Source: an uncultured Gemmatimonadales bacterium (GTDB lineage Bacteria > Gemmatimonadota > Gemmatimonadetes > Gemmatimonadales > GWC2-71-9). Taken from it: a stretch of 64,000 nucleotides of DNA. The stretch spans positions 32,001 through 96,000 of the forward strand of contig CAWJIM010000016.1 in the NCBI GenBank assembly GCA_963842945.1. Reading direction: 5' to 3'. Position 1 is the stretch's first letter; the number at the start of each line of letters is the position of its first letter. The position numbers and the translations under genes are program-made. A model generated the notes under the pieces. It was not told the origin of the DNA. It worked only from the letters and a program-made list of their open reading frames with translations, and searched no databases. Positions 42,060 to 52,635 of the stretch are shown here, one piece after another.

Positions 42060-43157
42060 ATGACATACCGGCCAGTGTTGCCCGTCGTCGTGCTCAGCGC
42101 GCTCTGGCTCGCCGCCTGCGGTAACGATACCCCTACAGCCCCTAGCCACCCAGCCCAGCCGGCCAGCGGCGGGGCCGAAATGGCGGTAACGAGTAACAGC
42201 TGGATCACCCGCGCCGCCCTGCCCGCTTCCTTCCGGGCTGAAATGGCCACCGCGACGGTGACGAACGCGGCGGGGCAGTCCGTCGTGTACTCTATCGGCG
42301 GTGTCGACGCCATTGGACATCCGCTCACCAACGTCGCGGCGTACAACGTGGCGACTAACACCTGGACCTCCCGACGGGCGTTGCCCAGACGGTTGGCCTC
42401 GACCAATGGCGCGGGAGTCATCAACGGCAAAATCTACGTGTCGGGAGGGTATTCCTCCCTTGACGACGCGCTCTCGTGGAGGCCATGGCTCTACATGTAT
42501 GATCCCGCCACGAATACCTGGACCCGGAAGCGTGACCTGCCAGCGGTGACGGTGTACGGCGTCCGCGAATACCCCGCCGGCGAGGGCGTGACCGGGGTCA
42601 TCGGGGGGAAACTCTACGTCGCCAGCCACGTTTTCGTTGATTATGGGGACCCATCCTCGGGTCTTGACAGGGGGTACGGTACACTGTTCCTCCGGTACAA
42701 TCCGCGGACAGACGAGTGGGTCAGACTCCCGGAACCGTTTGCAACAGAGGGAGAGGCCGTACGGCCCACCGGCGGTGGGGTCATTGATGGAAAGTTCTAT
42801 CTGATGGGCGCGACGACTGGAGACAGAAACGGTCGTCTCGCCGTGTATGATCCGGCCACGGACGAGTGGACCACAAGAACCCCGCTACGCCTGGGCCGGC
42901 CGTCGGCGGCATCGGCAGTACTCGGAGGCAAGCTCTACGTCATGGGCGGAAGCCGCTACAACGCTAAAACGGGGTACTCTGACCTCCTGGACGTTACCAT
43001 CGCGTATGATCCAGTGAAGGACACATGGACTCCCCTGGCCCCGCTGCCGAGCCCTCGGTACCGAGTATCGGCCACCAGGGTCTTCCTCAATGGCCGGCCG
43101 CGGATAGAGTTGGTAGGTTGGTTTGCGCCGGGGAACAACCTGCAGTATGTGCCGTGA
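42060..43157 (+). CDS. Kelch-repeat lipoprotein K5 (intact)
   Basis: AGGAGG RBS; lipobox LAA-C (WLAACGND as in K2); ends PRIELVG..PGNNLQYVP. Confidence 0.9.
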   Translation: MTYRPVLPVVVLSALWLAACGNDTPTAPSHPAQPASGGAEMAVTSNSWITRAALPASFRAEMATATVTNAAGQSVVYSIGGVDAIGHPLTNVAAYNVATNTWTSRRALPRRLASTNGAGVINGKIYVSGGYSSLDDALSWRPWLYMYDPATNTWTRKRDLPAVTVYGVREYPAGEGVTGVIGGKLYVASHVFVDYGDPSSGLDRGYGTLFLRYNPRTDEWVRLPEPFATEGEAVRPTGGGVIDGKFYLMGATTGDRNGRLAVYDPATDEWTTRTPLRLGRPSAASAVLGGKLYVMGGSRYNAKTGYSDLLDVTIAYDPVKDTWTPLAPLPSPRYRVSATRVFLNGRPRIELVGWFAPGNNLQYVP

Positions 43158-43650
43158 GGTACGGGGAACCGTGAGCGGATTACACAATACGTGAGCGGTG
43201 AGCGGGCGCTGTTGAACGAGCAGTTAGGAGTTATCATCCAAAGCAATGAGCGGTAGCGGGGATCAGCTCCCGCTTACCGCTCACGCTCGTTTCAATCCCT
43301 CAAGTTTTTGTTAGTGCGAGGGTCACGCCGACACCAAAACGGGCAGTAATAAGCCACCCTCAACATTGCTGGCGTAGATCGGTCATTTGCCCGTGTCCCT
43401 GCGCTTGCGGGCCTGCCCGATCTGGATGAATCCGATGACCGTGCAGACAACGCCCGGCCCGGACGCCGAGAGCCAGCACACCGCACTGATCCGGTCTCCA
43501 GCGTCGAGTCACGAGCAGCTTCCGAAAGGAACTGCAGCCGTCGGGTTTGGACCCAAGTCGGCTGATCAGGGGCACAACGGGGGCACAATCAGCGGTGAAG
43601 GCCCTGCAGGTGGCTCGATGAAGCGTGACCTAAGTTGTTGCGGGGTAAAG

Positions 43651-43733
43651 TGCCCGAGGCGAGAGTCGAACTCGCACGAGGTTGCCCTCGGCGGATTTTG
43701 AGTCCGCTGCGTCTGCCATTCCGCCACTCGGGC
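43651..43733 (-). tRNA. tRNA-Leu(CAA)
   Basis: GCCCGAGTGGCGGAATGGCAGACG..GCGGA-CTCAAAA-TCCGC, long variable arm, GTTCGACTC, acceptor CTCGGGC-A; CCA not encoded. Confidence 0.97.
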
Positions 43734-43921
43734 CTGGCCCAATAATAACCAGTCCAGCCCTCCTTGCGGGTTCCCTCCGGGAGATAGCTTCAGTCATTAC
43801 CGCGCGAGAATAGCTCCGGTCTCCTAGTCGCTCTCCTCCGTCCGGAGCCTTTGTGGAACTCAGAGGCTACCCCGCCCTGCTCTACCCGCGCAACCCGAAC
43901 GATGACCTTCGGTCCGGCCTT

Positions 43922-44503
43922 CTACCCTTCCCTTTCATTTCTCAGCGCTAGCGGCGGATCCAGGATCTCCCGCCACACCACGGCATCCCGGAGCTGCTGC
44001 GGGGTGTAGCTGCGGGTGGCGGTGTGATCGGCCGGTGCGGGCTGAAGAACTTCCGCCGGCTTCCCTTTCCTCTGTCCGCTCCGCCCGGCGTCCCGCGCCT
44101 CCGCAGCCTGGATCCGCCCGGCCTCGATGCCGGCGGCCTCGTCGTCCCGGTCCACCACCTGGCGCTCCTCCCGCTGCACCTCCCCTTCCAGGCTCCGGAC
44201 CTCGGGCTCCCCCTCCAGCGACTCTGCCGGCTGCCGCTGCTCCCGTCGAGCAACGGGTCTGTCCGACGGCGACGCGGTCTGCGCCGCTTCCTCCAACGCC
44301 CGGCGCAGTTCTCCCAGCACCATTTGCAGCCGGAATCCCTCCTGCTGAGTGGGATCGGGCCGGGACGGCAGCGGCTTGGGGCCGGGATAGCTCGATGGTC
44401 CGGGCTGCCGAGGACGAGAGGACTTCCCTTTGGCTCTGGTGATCAGGGTCAGCAGGAACCAGAGTGCGCCGATGATCAGAAAGCCATTCAGCTCGCCGGT
44501 CAT
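43922..44503 (-). CDS. Hypothetical membrane-anchored protein downstream of floA
   Basis: N-terminal TM; C-terminal [14 protein letters not shown] motif. Confidence 0.7.
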   Translation of the reverse strand: MTGELNGFLIIGALWFLLTLITRAKGKSSRPRQPGPSSYPGPKPLPSRPDPTQQEGFRLQMVLGELRRALEEAAQTASPSDRPVARREQRQPAESLEGEPEVRSLEGEVQREERQVVDRDDEAAGIEAGRIQAAEARDAGRSGQRKGKPAEVLQPAPADHTATRSYTPQQLRDAVVWREILDPPLALRNEREG

Positions 44504-45504
44504 CCGCTACCCAGCGCTCCCGTCGTTCCGGCGTCGGTCTGGCCCGCGATTGCCTGACGCATGGTGGTGTCGGCCTGGACGTTCCGGTACCGCTGATAGT
44601 CCATCACGCCCAGGTTGCCGTTCCGGAACGCCTCAGCCATGGCGAGTGGGATCTGGGCCTCTGCCGCGATCACCTTCGAGCGCTGGTTTTGCGCCTCTGC
44701 CTTGAACTCCTGCTCCATCGCCACGGCGAGCGCTCGCCGCTCTTCCGCTTTCGCTTGCGCGATCCGTTTGTCAGCCTCGGCCTGATCGGTCTGCAGCTCG
44801 GCGCCGATGTTCTTGCCTACGTCCACGTCGGCGATGTCGATCGACAGGATCTCAAACGCGGTCCCGGCATCGAGTCCCTTGGCCAGCACGGTCTTGGAGA
44901 TGAGGTCGGGGTTCTCCAGTACCGCCTTGTGCGACGTGGCCGAGCCGATGGTGCTGACGATTCCCTCACCCACCCGGGCCAGAATCGTTTCCTCGCCAGC
45001 GCCGCCCACCAGCCGGTTCACATTCGCGCGAACCGTCACCCGCGCCAGCGCGAGGAGCTGGATTCCGTCCTTGGCCATCGCGGCAACTTTGGGCGTGGTG
45101 ATCACCTTGGGATTCACGCTTACCTGTACCGCCTCGAACACGTCGCGGCCGGCCAGGTCGATCGCGGTGGCCTGCTGGAAGGTGAGCGGGATCTGCGCCT
45201 TGTCGGCCGAGATGAGCGCGTTCACCACCCGCTGCACGTTGCCGCCCGACAAGAAGTGGATCTCGAGCTGGTCTATGGTCAGATCGAGTCCGGCCTTGCG
45301 CGCCGTGATCAAAGGATCCACGATGGCGGCTGGGTTCACCTTGCGGAAGCGCATGCCGAAGAGGGTGAGGAAGGAGACCCGCACCCCCGAGGCCGCCGCC
45401 CGGATCCAGAGGCCTATGGGGATGAACCGGAAGAAGATGACGGCAAAGATGAAAGCGATGAAGAACAGCGCGAGCACCAGGCCGAGGCTTAGGGAGTCGT
45501 CCAC
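44500..45504 (-). CDS. floA: Flotillin-like protein FloA (YqfA)
   Basis: [58 protein letters not shown]. Confidence 0.93.
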   Translation of the reverse strand: MDDSLSLGLVLALFFIAFIFAVIFFRFIPIGLWIRAAASGVRVSFLTLFGMRFRKVNPAAIVDPLITARKAGLDLTIDQLEIHFLSGGNVQRVVNALISADKAQIPLTFQQATAIDLAGRDVFEAVQVSVNPKVITTPKVAAMAKDGIQLLALARVTVRANVNRLVGGAGEETILARVGEGIVSTIGSATSHKAVLENPDLISKTVLAKGLDAGTAFEILSIDIADVDVGKNIGAELQTDQAEADKRIAQAKAEERRALAVAMEQEFKAEAQNQRSKVIAAEAQIPLAMAEAFRNGNLGVMDYQRYRNVQADTTMRQAIAGQTDAGTTGALGSG

Positions 45505-45513
45505 GGGTATGTC

Positions 45514-46338
45514 CTAGTAGAGAGTTGGTCGGGAGTCGCGAGACGCGGGTCGGGAGTCAGGAGACGGATGGTCGCAGAAACTCGTGTCCCGCGACTCGTG
45601 ACTCGTGACTGAGCTCCTGACCGACCCTTCCACGACATGCCGATACCCATCACTCCGCACCACCCGCACCCGGCTGCCCTGGGCGACGTACTCGCCTTCG
45701 GTGACCACGTCGATCCGCTCCTCTCCAACCCGGGCGGTCCCCGAGGGACGGAGGTCGGTGATGGCGGTGCCATCCTTGCCGACCAGCTCCGGCCGGGCCG
45801 GCGCGGTGATGAAGCCCGCGTCCCGATGCCCCGCGCCCTTCAGCAGCAGTCCGCTGAACCGTCCGCTGTTCGGCAGATGGCGCAGCCAGGCGTAGACTAC
45901 CGCGGCGGTGATGAAGAAGCTCGCGCCCAGCACAGCGAGCGCCTGGGCGACGTCGCCGCTGGTCGGGTGGCTGCCGACCAGGGCAAGAAGTACCGATGCG
46001 GTCACCGCCAGGATGCCGACGATCCCGGCAATCCCGAAGCCCGGAATGATGAACGCCTCGACCGCGAGCGCGATCAGCCCGAACCCCAGCAGCAGCACCT
46101 CCTGCCATCCGGCGAGGCCGAGCATGAAGCTGGACGCGAAGAACAAGCCAAGGGAGACCAGGCCGAGCAGCCCACCGAGGCCGAAGGCGCCGGCCTTGAT
46201 CTCGAAGATCAGGCCGAGAATGCCGACCGAGAGCAGCACCGGGGAGACCAGCGGGTGGGTCAGGAACCGGAGAAGCCCGTCGGCCCAGGCAGGGTCAGGC
46301 TGCATGAGAGCGAGCGTCAGCAGAACGAAACGGCGCAT
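45514..46338 (-). CDS. NfeD-family membrane protein
   Basis: E..IPGFG.AG; G..G.A.TDLRPSG.A..G.ERIDVV.EG.Y; upstream of floA. Confidence 0.85.
   Translation of the reverse strand: MRRFVLLTLALMQPDPAWADGLLRFLTHPLVSPVLLSVGILGLIFEIKAGAFGLGGLLGLVSLGLFFASSFMLGLAGWQEVLLLGFGLIALAVEAFIIPGFGIAGIVGILAVTASVLLALVGSHPTSGDVAQALAVLGASFFITAAVVYAWLRHLPNSGRFSGLLLKGAGHRDAGFITAPARPELVGKDGTAITDLRPSGTARVGEERIDVVTEGEYVAQGSRVRVVRSDGYRHVVEGSVRSSVTSHESRDTSFCDHPSPDSRPASRDSRPTLY
45531..45610. repeat. Degenerate heptamer repeats (GGGAGTC / GACTCGT), inverted pair
   Basis: gggagtc-gcgagac-gcgggtc-gggagtc ... gactcgt-gactcgt-gact. Confidence 0.7.
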
Positions 46339-46373
46339 CGCGGTGCTCGTTGGGTGAGATGGGGGAAATGTAA

Positions 46374-46509
46374 GGAGTCGCGAGTCGCGAGTCACGAGCA
46401 AGGAGTCGGGAGTCGGGAGTCGGGAGTCGGGAGTCGGGAGAAAACTCCTGGCGCAAGTGTAGCCATGGGCCCTGCACTTTCGGTCACTCGCGACTCGCGA
46501 CTCGCGACT
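46374..46509. repeat. Heptamer tandem repeats (GAGTCGC x3, GGGAGTC x~5) and inverse array ACTCGCG x3
   Basis: Directly visible between nfeD and the phosphodiesterase gene. Confidence 0.85.
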
Positions 46510-46521
46510 GTATTCTTGACC

Positions 46522-47227
46522 ATGCGACGCCCGAGCGTGATCGCCCATCGCGGCGCTTCCGGTTACGAATACGAAAACTCCCGCGCCGCCTTCCGGCGGG
46601 CGGTCATGCTCGACGCCGACGGCATCGAGCTGGACGTGCATGCCACCCGGGACGGCGGCATCGTGGTTCACCACGACCCGGAGATTCCCGGCGTCGGCCC
46701 GCTCGGCGGTCTCTCGCTCAGCGAAGCTCGGCAGCTCAAGATCCCCAACGGGGAGCAGCTCCCGCTGTTGTCGGAGATACTGGAGCTGGTGGGGAACCGG
46801 GACGTGTGGGTCGAGGTAAAGAGTCTGCCGGCTCTGCACGACCAGAAACTGCTGGAGGTGCTGGATCGGGGGCCCGCGCCCCGATCGGTATGCCATCCAC
46901 AGCTTCGATCATCGGATCGTGTATCGGCTGGGAGAAGCCCGGCCGGCGCTTCACCGGGGAATCCTGTTGAGCGCCTACCTGAGGGATCCCGTGTCGGTCA
47001 TGCGCGCCGTGGGCGCCACCACGCTCTGGCAGGAATGGAAGCAGGTGGATCAGGAGCTGGTCACCCAGGTACACGAGGCGGGTGGCGCCGTCATTGCCTG
47101 GACGGTGAACGAGCTGGGCGACCTGGACCGGATGGTCCGGCTTGGTGTCGACGGACTCTGCGGCAACTATCCCGACCGGATCCGGGTCGCCATCGCGCCC
47201 CGGCTGGATCAGGCCTCCCGGGCCTGA
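46522..47227 (+). CDS. Glycerophosphodiester phosphodiesterase; frameshift ~46890
   Basis: IAHRGAS..ENS, IELDV..TRDG..VVHHD, VEVK, SFD, WTVN, GVDG...YPD. Confidence 0.9.
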
Positions 47228-47581
47228 GTCTCCGGTCGACGGTTCCGCGGTCTCGGAGCTGACCGTGGCGGGCGCGTTCTGCGCCGAGCCCCGGTCCGGG
47301 TGCTCCGCCTGGACTGCGCGATCTGTTGCTCCAACCTGGCTATTTCGCTCTGAAGATCATCGAGCCGCAGCATGAGCGCATCGATCCGGCGGGACTCGAC
47401 CGGACTTCCGCGTTCCCGCCGGTGAAAGATGAGCCCCAGCTCCCGCGCGGTGTGATCCTGCCGGCGCCGAACGCGGAGCAGCTCGATCTGGAGCTTCCCC
47501 TCGTCCAGAGCGGCCTGAGCCTTCTTGCCGAAGGCCTCCAGCTCCTGATTCAAGCCGATCGAAGAGAGTGGATTTGGTCAT
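47209..47581 (-). CDS. Hypothetical coiled-coil protein; frameshifted
   Basis: Amphipathic helical ORF ELEAFGKKAQAALDEGKLQIEL...; RBS GGAGG upstream. Confidence 0.55.
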
Positions 47582-47591
47582 GGTTGACCTC

Positions 47592-47737
47592 CGGGAGCTG
47601 GGGGCTAGGGGCTTGGAGCTTGGAGCTAGAGGGACGGAATCGCCGTCCCGATGGTTTCAAAAGCTAACAAAAAGGGGACGCGGAGTGGCTCCGCGTCCCC
47701 GAGCTCCCGAGCTCCCGAGCTCCCGAGCTCCCTAGCT
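47592..47737. repeat. Short tandem repeats GGAGCT(T/A/G) x5 and GAGCTCCC x4, inverted pair around rpmA terminator
   Basis: Directly visible. Confidence 0.8.
47669..47700 (-). terminator. Intrinsic terminator of rplU-rpmA
   Basis: GGGGACGCGGAG-N3-CTCCGCGTCCCC followed by T5 on minus strand. Confidence 0.88.
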
Positions 47738-48001
47738 GCGCTCAGCCTCCACCGGATACACCGACACCTTCTGCCGGTTCTTGTCCCGGAACTCGAACTT
47801 GACCACGCCGTCGATCAAGGCGAACAGGGTGTCGTCGTTGGCGCGCCGAACATTCCGGCCGGGGTGGAACTTGGTGCCGCGCTGGCGCACGAGGATATTG
47901 CCGGCGACGACCTTCTCGCCCCCGTAGCGCTTGACGCCGAGATACTGGGGATTGCTGGTCCGGCCATTCCGGCTGGAGCCTACGCCTTTCTTGTGTGCCA
48001 T
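47732..48001 (-). CDS. rpmA: 50S ribosomal protein L27
   Basis: [30 protein letters not shown]. Confidence 0.98.
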   Translation of the reverse strand: MAHKKGVGSSRNGRTSNPQYLGVKRYGGEKVVAGNILVRQRGTKFHPGRNVRRANDDTLFALIDGVVKFEFRDKNRQKVSVYPVEAERS

Positions 48002-48008
48002 TGCTTCC

Positions 48009-48324
48009 TCAGCCCAGCTTGAGGTCGGTTATGCGGACCTCGGTGTAGCCCTGCCGATGTCCGGTCTTGCGGCGATAATTCTTCCGCCGCTTGAACTTGA
48101 ATACGTAGATCTTGGCTTCCTTGCCCTGGCCGACCACTTCGCCGGTGACCTTGGCGCCTTTGACCAGGGGCGCGCCGGCCTTGATGGTCTCTCCGTCGGA
48201 CGAGAGGAGCACTTCGTCGAAGGTGACCTTGGAGCCCGCCTCCGCTTCCATCAGCGGGAGCCGAAGGGTCTTGCCCTTCTCGGCCTTGAACTGTTTGCCC
48301 ACCGGCACGAATGATCGCGTACAT
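48009..48324 (-). CDS. rplU: 50S ribosomal protein L21; frameshift ~48300
   Basis: [26 protein letters not shown]. Confidence 0.96.
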
Positions 48325-48367
48325 GAAAGAACCAATCGACTAAAAGGTGGTCAGACAATAGCCCGTA

Positions 48368-48396
48368 AAACTAGGCAGGCACGGGGGTTGTGACAA
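48368..48396 (-). promoter_or_regulatory. Sigma70-type promoter of rplU
   Basis: TTGTCA-N17-TAGTTT. Confidence 0.7.
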
Positions 48397-48645
48397 GGGG
48401 CAGTCCGGTTTGGGTGTTGGCCACGTGAATACGGACTGTGACTGCCCATGTGGTCTGACCGGGTGTACCGACAGCTTCAAACTGGCAACCTTCGGTGAGC
48501 CAGGATGGCGTGCGCCCACCTAGGATCTCGGCGTTTCTGGACACGACGGACCCTGCAAGGAGAGGTGCGGCGACCGGCATCCCTTCACTCTCGGATACGA
48601 CCTAGCGAGCGGTGAAACGATGCCGCCGCTTCGCTCATGCCGCTC

Positions 48646-50355
48646 TTACGCGACCGCGTAAAGATCGGTCACATCCCGTCCAGCCGGCCGGCTCATCAGC
48701 CGGAACTCGTCCAGCCGCATCATGGGATCGTCCCTGAGCTCGATATCCACGCCGGTGATCTTGGTCAGGGTCTGCAGCAGCCTGGGCTCCTCTTCCAGGA
48801 GGTACAGCGCCACCTCGGGGTGCAGCCGTACGGTGAGCTGGCGCTCGCGCCGTTCGTGCCCGGCCCGCTTGAGCGCACGCTCGAGCCGGCGGGCCACCAC
48901 CTCGGGCGTGAACACCCGTCCGGTGCCGGCGCAGGTGGGACAGTCGGTGGTCATCGAGTGCCACAGCGAGGGGCGAACCCGCTGCCGGGTCATCTCGACC
49001 AGACCGAGCTCGCTCACAGCCAGGGCCTTGGTCCGGGCGCGGTCACGTCCCAGGTGGGTCCGCAGCTCCTGCAGCACCTTGTCCCGGTTGGACCGGGTCT
49101 CCATGTCGATGAAGTCGCAGACGATGATGCCGCCGATGTCGCGCAGCCGGATCTGCCGGGCGATCTCGCGCGCCGCCTCGAGGTTGGTCCGGAGGATGGT
49201 CTTCTCCGGATCCTTCTTGCCGGTGTAGCGGCCGGTGTTGACGTCGATGCTGATCAGGGCCTCGGTCGGCTGGATCACCAGCGAGCCGCCGGTAGGCAGC
49301 TCGACCCGCGCCTTGAACAGGTCGCGGATCTCCGACTCGATGTCGAACTTGTCGAACAGCGGGAACCGCGTCGGCGTAGAGATGAACCCGGCTCATCAGC
49401 TCCGGATCAATCTGCTGCAGATACTGCTCGATCTCGTTGTAGAGCTCCTTCATGTCGACGTGCAGCGCGTCCACCTTGGCGCTGAAGAGGTCGCGAATGA
49501 TGCCCCGGGTCAGGCTGGTCTCCCGCTGCAGCAGCGCCGGCGCCCGGCGGACGAAGGTCTTCTTCCGGTTGATCTTCTTCCACAGGCTCAGGAGTGAGTC
49601 GATCTCTCGGCGGAAGTGCTCCTCGGTGACTCCCTCCGCCACCGTCCTGACGATCACCCCTCCGGTGTCCTTGGGCAGCAGCTTGGAGACCATCTCCCTC
49701 AGCTTGGCCCGCTGCTCCCGGCTCTCGATCTTGCGGCTGACCCCGACCTTCGAGGCATAGGGCATGTAGACGAGAAATCGCCCCGGAAGGGAGATCTGGG
49801 CCGTAACGCGGCATCCCTTGGTGCCGATCGGCTCCTTGGTCACCTGGACCGGGAGGCGTCTGCCCCTTCTTGAGGATGTCCTGAATGTTGGGGAGGGCTC
49901 GGCGGGGAGAGATCTCACGTTGGCGGCGCTCGCTCGGCTCGGAGCGCTCGCCCGGCGCCGTTGTTCCGGCGGCGACGGCGGTCGCGGCTGCGCCACGGGC
50001 CTTTCCGTTCCTGGGCGGGGTCTTCGACCGCGCCTTCCACCATTCCTTCGGAGGACGCCACCTCGGCCTCCACGGCGGTCTCGCCCGGCTCGTCGACTTC
50101 CTCCTCATCCGGCTCTTCATCCTCCTCCGGCTCCAAGAGGTCGGACGCGTGGAGGAAGGCGCTCTTTTCCTGACCGATGTCGACGAAGGCCGCCTGGATG
50201 CCGGGGAGAACCGCTTCGACTCTTCCGAGGTAAATGTCACCGACCGTCCGGCGGTGGTCGGGACGGTCCACCAGCAATTCGACCAGCCGATCGTCTTCCA
50301 GGATTGCCACGCGCGTTTCCCGCTGGCTTCCATTGATCAGGATTTCACGCTTCAA
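48646..50355 (-). CDS. Rne/Rng-family ribonuclease (RNase E/G); frameshifts
   Basis: GDIYLGRV..VLPGIQAAFVDIG, QVTKEPIGTKG, IDVNTG, RLRDIGGIIVCDFIDM, CPTC.GTG. Confidence 0.93.
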
Positions 50356-50487
50356 TACGACCTCAGCCGCGGCTGGATTCGATACGCGAAAGACGCGCTC
50401 GTCGGCTGGCCTGCACCACCGAACGAGGAGCATGCCGCGAGAGCGCGTCTGCTGCTGTAATTGTATAAAGGAGGCGGGCTTAGTGGT

Positions 50488-50596
50488 AGTCGCGAGACCC
50501 GAGTCGCGAGTCCGAGTCGCGAGTCCGGATGGTCAGGGACCTACAAGAACCGTTGCGACTACTCGTGACTCGTGACCCGTAACTCTCGACTCTCGA
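50488..50596. repeat. Heptamer-type repeats (GAGTCGC / GACTCGT), inverted pair
   Basis: gtcgcgagacccgagtcgcgagtccgagtcgcgagtc ... actcgtgactcgtgacccgtaactctcgactctcga. Confidence 0.75.
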
Positions 50597-51815
50597 TCAA
50601 TCCACCAACTCCCCCAGAATCTGCCTCCCGATCACGATCCGCTGAATCTCGCTGGTGCCTTCGCCGATCTCGCAGACCTTGGCGTCGCGCATCATTCGCT
50701 CGACCGGATACTCGGTGGTGTAGCCGTAACCGCCGAAAATCTGCACCGCCTGAGTGGTGGTGCGCATGGCCAGCTCGGAGCAGAACAGTTTGGCCATCGC
50801 CGCCTCCTTCTTGAACGGCCGGCCGTTCTGCTTGAGCCACGCCGCGTGATAGAGGAGATGGGTTCCCGCCTCGATCTCCAGCGCCATGTCGGCCAGTTGG
50901 AAGCTCACCCCTGGAAGCTCCCGATAGGCCGCCCGAACTGTTTCCGCACTCCCGCGTAGCGCAGGGCCTCCTCATAGGCGCCTTCGGCGATGCCCAGCGA
51001 GAGAGCGGCGATGCCGATCCGGCCGGCGTCCAGCGTCTTCAGAAAGTTGATGAAGCCGTAGCCCGGTCTTGCCCAGCAGGTTCTCCTTGGGCACCACGGC
51101 ATCCTCGAAGACCAGCTCGCGGGTGTCGCTGGCCCGCCAGCCCATCTTCTCCTGCTTCTTGCCCGCGCGCACTCCGCGAGTCTTGGGCAGATCGGGAGCG
51201 TGTCCCACGCCGAGCTTCCGGCACTTGCTCGAGGTCGACCGTGTCCTTGGTGACGATGAAGCTGGTGATCCCCTTGTTCCCGTTGCCCGGCTCGGTGCGC
51301 GCGGTGGTCACGAAGACCTCGCCCACGCCAGCGTGGGTAATGAAAATCTTGGAGCCGTTGATGACGTAGTGGTCGCCCCGGTCCACCGCGGTGGTGGCGG
51401 TGCTGCCGGCGTCGCTGCCCGCGCCGGGCTCGGTAAGACCGAAGCCGCCCAACACCCGGCCCGACGCCAGCAGCGGGACGTATCGCCGCTTCTGCTCTTC
51501 GGTGCCGAACTCGACGATGGGAGAGGTGCCGAGGTTGGTATGCGCGCTGATGGTGAGCGCGTGGCTCGCATCGACCTTGGCCATCTCGTGGATGGTGATG
51601 TAGTAGGAAAGCTGGTCCATCCCGGCGCCGCCCAGCTCCTCGCTCCAGGGTACGCCCAGCAAACCGAGCTCACCCATTGCCTTGATGTTTTCCCAAGGGA
51701 AGGTGGAGGTACGATCGAGCTCGGCGGCGACGGGCGCGATGTGGGTCCGGGAGAAGTCGCGAACCATCTCGCGGACTTGATGGTGCTGCTCGGTGAAATA
51801 GAGGGAGTCGTCCAT
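50597..51815 (-). CDS. Acyl-CoA dehydrogenase; frameshifts
   Basis: FGLTEPGAGSD, NGSKIFIT, KMGWRASDT, GRIGIAA, RKQFG, QIFGGYGY, IGEGTSEIQR. Confidence 0.93.
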
Positions 51816-51890
51816 GGCAGCAGCAACTTAACCGCTGGACCGTTGGCGGACCATTACCGGGACACTAGAGAGTCTCACAGCGGAGCTTGG

Positions 51891-52466
51891 TCACCGGCCG
51901 AAGCGTATGCCGAGGGTCAAGGGAATGAAGTGACTGTCATCGGCATCCGTGAATACGGTGTGGTACCGGGCCTCGAGGTACAGCACAATGCGGCTCACGG
52001 TGTAGTTCAGTCCCAAGCCGCCGTTGACGCCGAAATCGGTTGAGGAATCATCGCCAAATAGATCGGCATCGTTGCCGATTCCCTTCGAGTTGTACACTCC
52101 TCCCCCAGCAATCACATAAGGATCGACCTTGGAGGTTTCCGAACCGGCCCGCTTGAAGCGGTAGACCAGATTTGCCGTCCCGTAGATCCAACGCTGCTTG
52201 ACGTCGAATCCCTCGACATCGAACCCGAGCTCCGAGTACGTGCCATCGATTAGTAAGCCGAGCCGGCTGTCGTGCCGCCCAAAGTTGATTGAACCCGTTG
52301 CATGCCAGCCCACATTGGCGAGCTCACTGTACTTTCCGGTGGGGAACGAGGCGCCCCCACCGAGGGCAAAGCGGTTGCCCTGAGCATACAGCGAAGGAAC
52401 CGCCAACAACGTTCCTACGAGGATTGTCCCGACCGCGCAGACCAGAAGTGGCCTGGATCTATTCAT
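51891..52466 (-). CDS. Small outer-membrane beta-barrel protein
   Basis: Signal peptide, alternating beta pattern, PY..AGGG.Y, E.RYH, terminal F. Confidence 0.8.
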   Translation of the reverse strand: MNRSRPLLVCAVGTILVGTLLAVPSLYAQGNRFALGGGASFPTGKYSELANVGWHATGSINFGRHDSRLGLLIDGTYSELGFDVEGFDVKQRWIYGTANLVYRFKRAGSETSKVDPYVIAGGGVYNSKGIGNDADLFGDDSSTDFGVNGGLGLNYTVSRIVLYLEARYHTVFTDADDSHFIPLTLGIRFGR

Positions 52467-52635
52467 GGTCTGCCCCTTTATGCCGGTGTTTTCACCCATA
52501 ACTCCGATGGCGCCCATCCTTATGATCTGGGCAGTATAGTCCCCGCGACCCGGAGGAAACAGGGCAGAAGTACATCCATGTTATTTCCTCGCGGCGGCTG
52601 CTGCGAGAAAGGGTGCTTCCGGTATTTGCGCGGAG

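Larger units (their letters stand above)
40577..43696. mobile_element. Decayed tRNA-Leu-integrated islet (~3.1 kb)
   Basis: Flanking 48-bp direct repeats, tyrosine-integrase remnant, GGGGCACAA x2 near the tRNA end. Confidence 0.85.

Noticed and set aside
4009..43157. Diversity-generating retroelement behind Kelch variation
   Set aside because: No reverse transcriptase and no template/variable repeat pair differing only at adenines; loops vary in length
32329..43157. Integron with attC cassettes
   Set aside because: Hairpins look like terminators, genes have their own promoters and mixed orientation, and the recombinase remnant is tRNA-integrase-like
45531..50596. CRISPR array
   Set aside because: Units are 7-8 bp with no unique spacers; no cas genes
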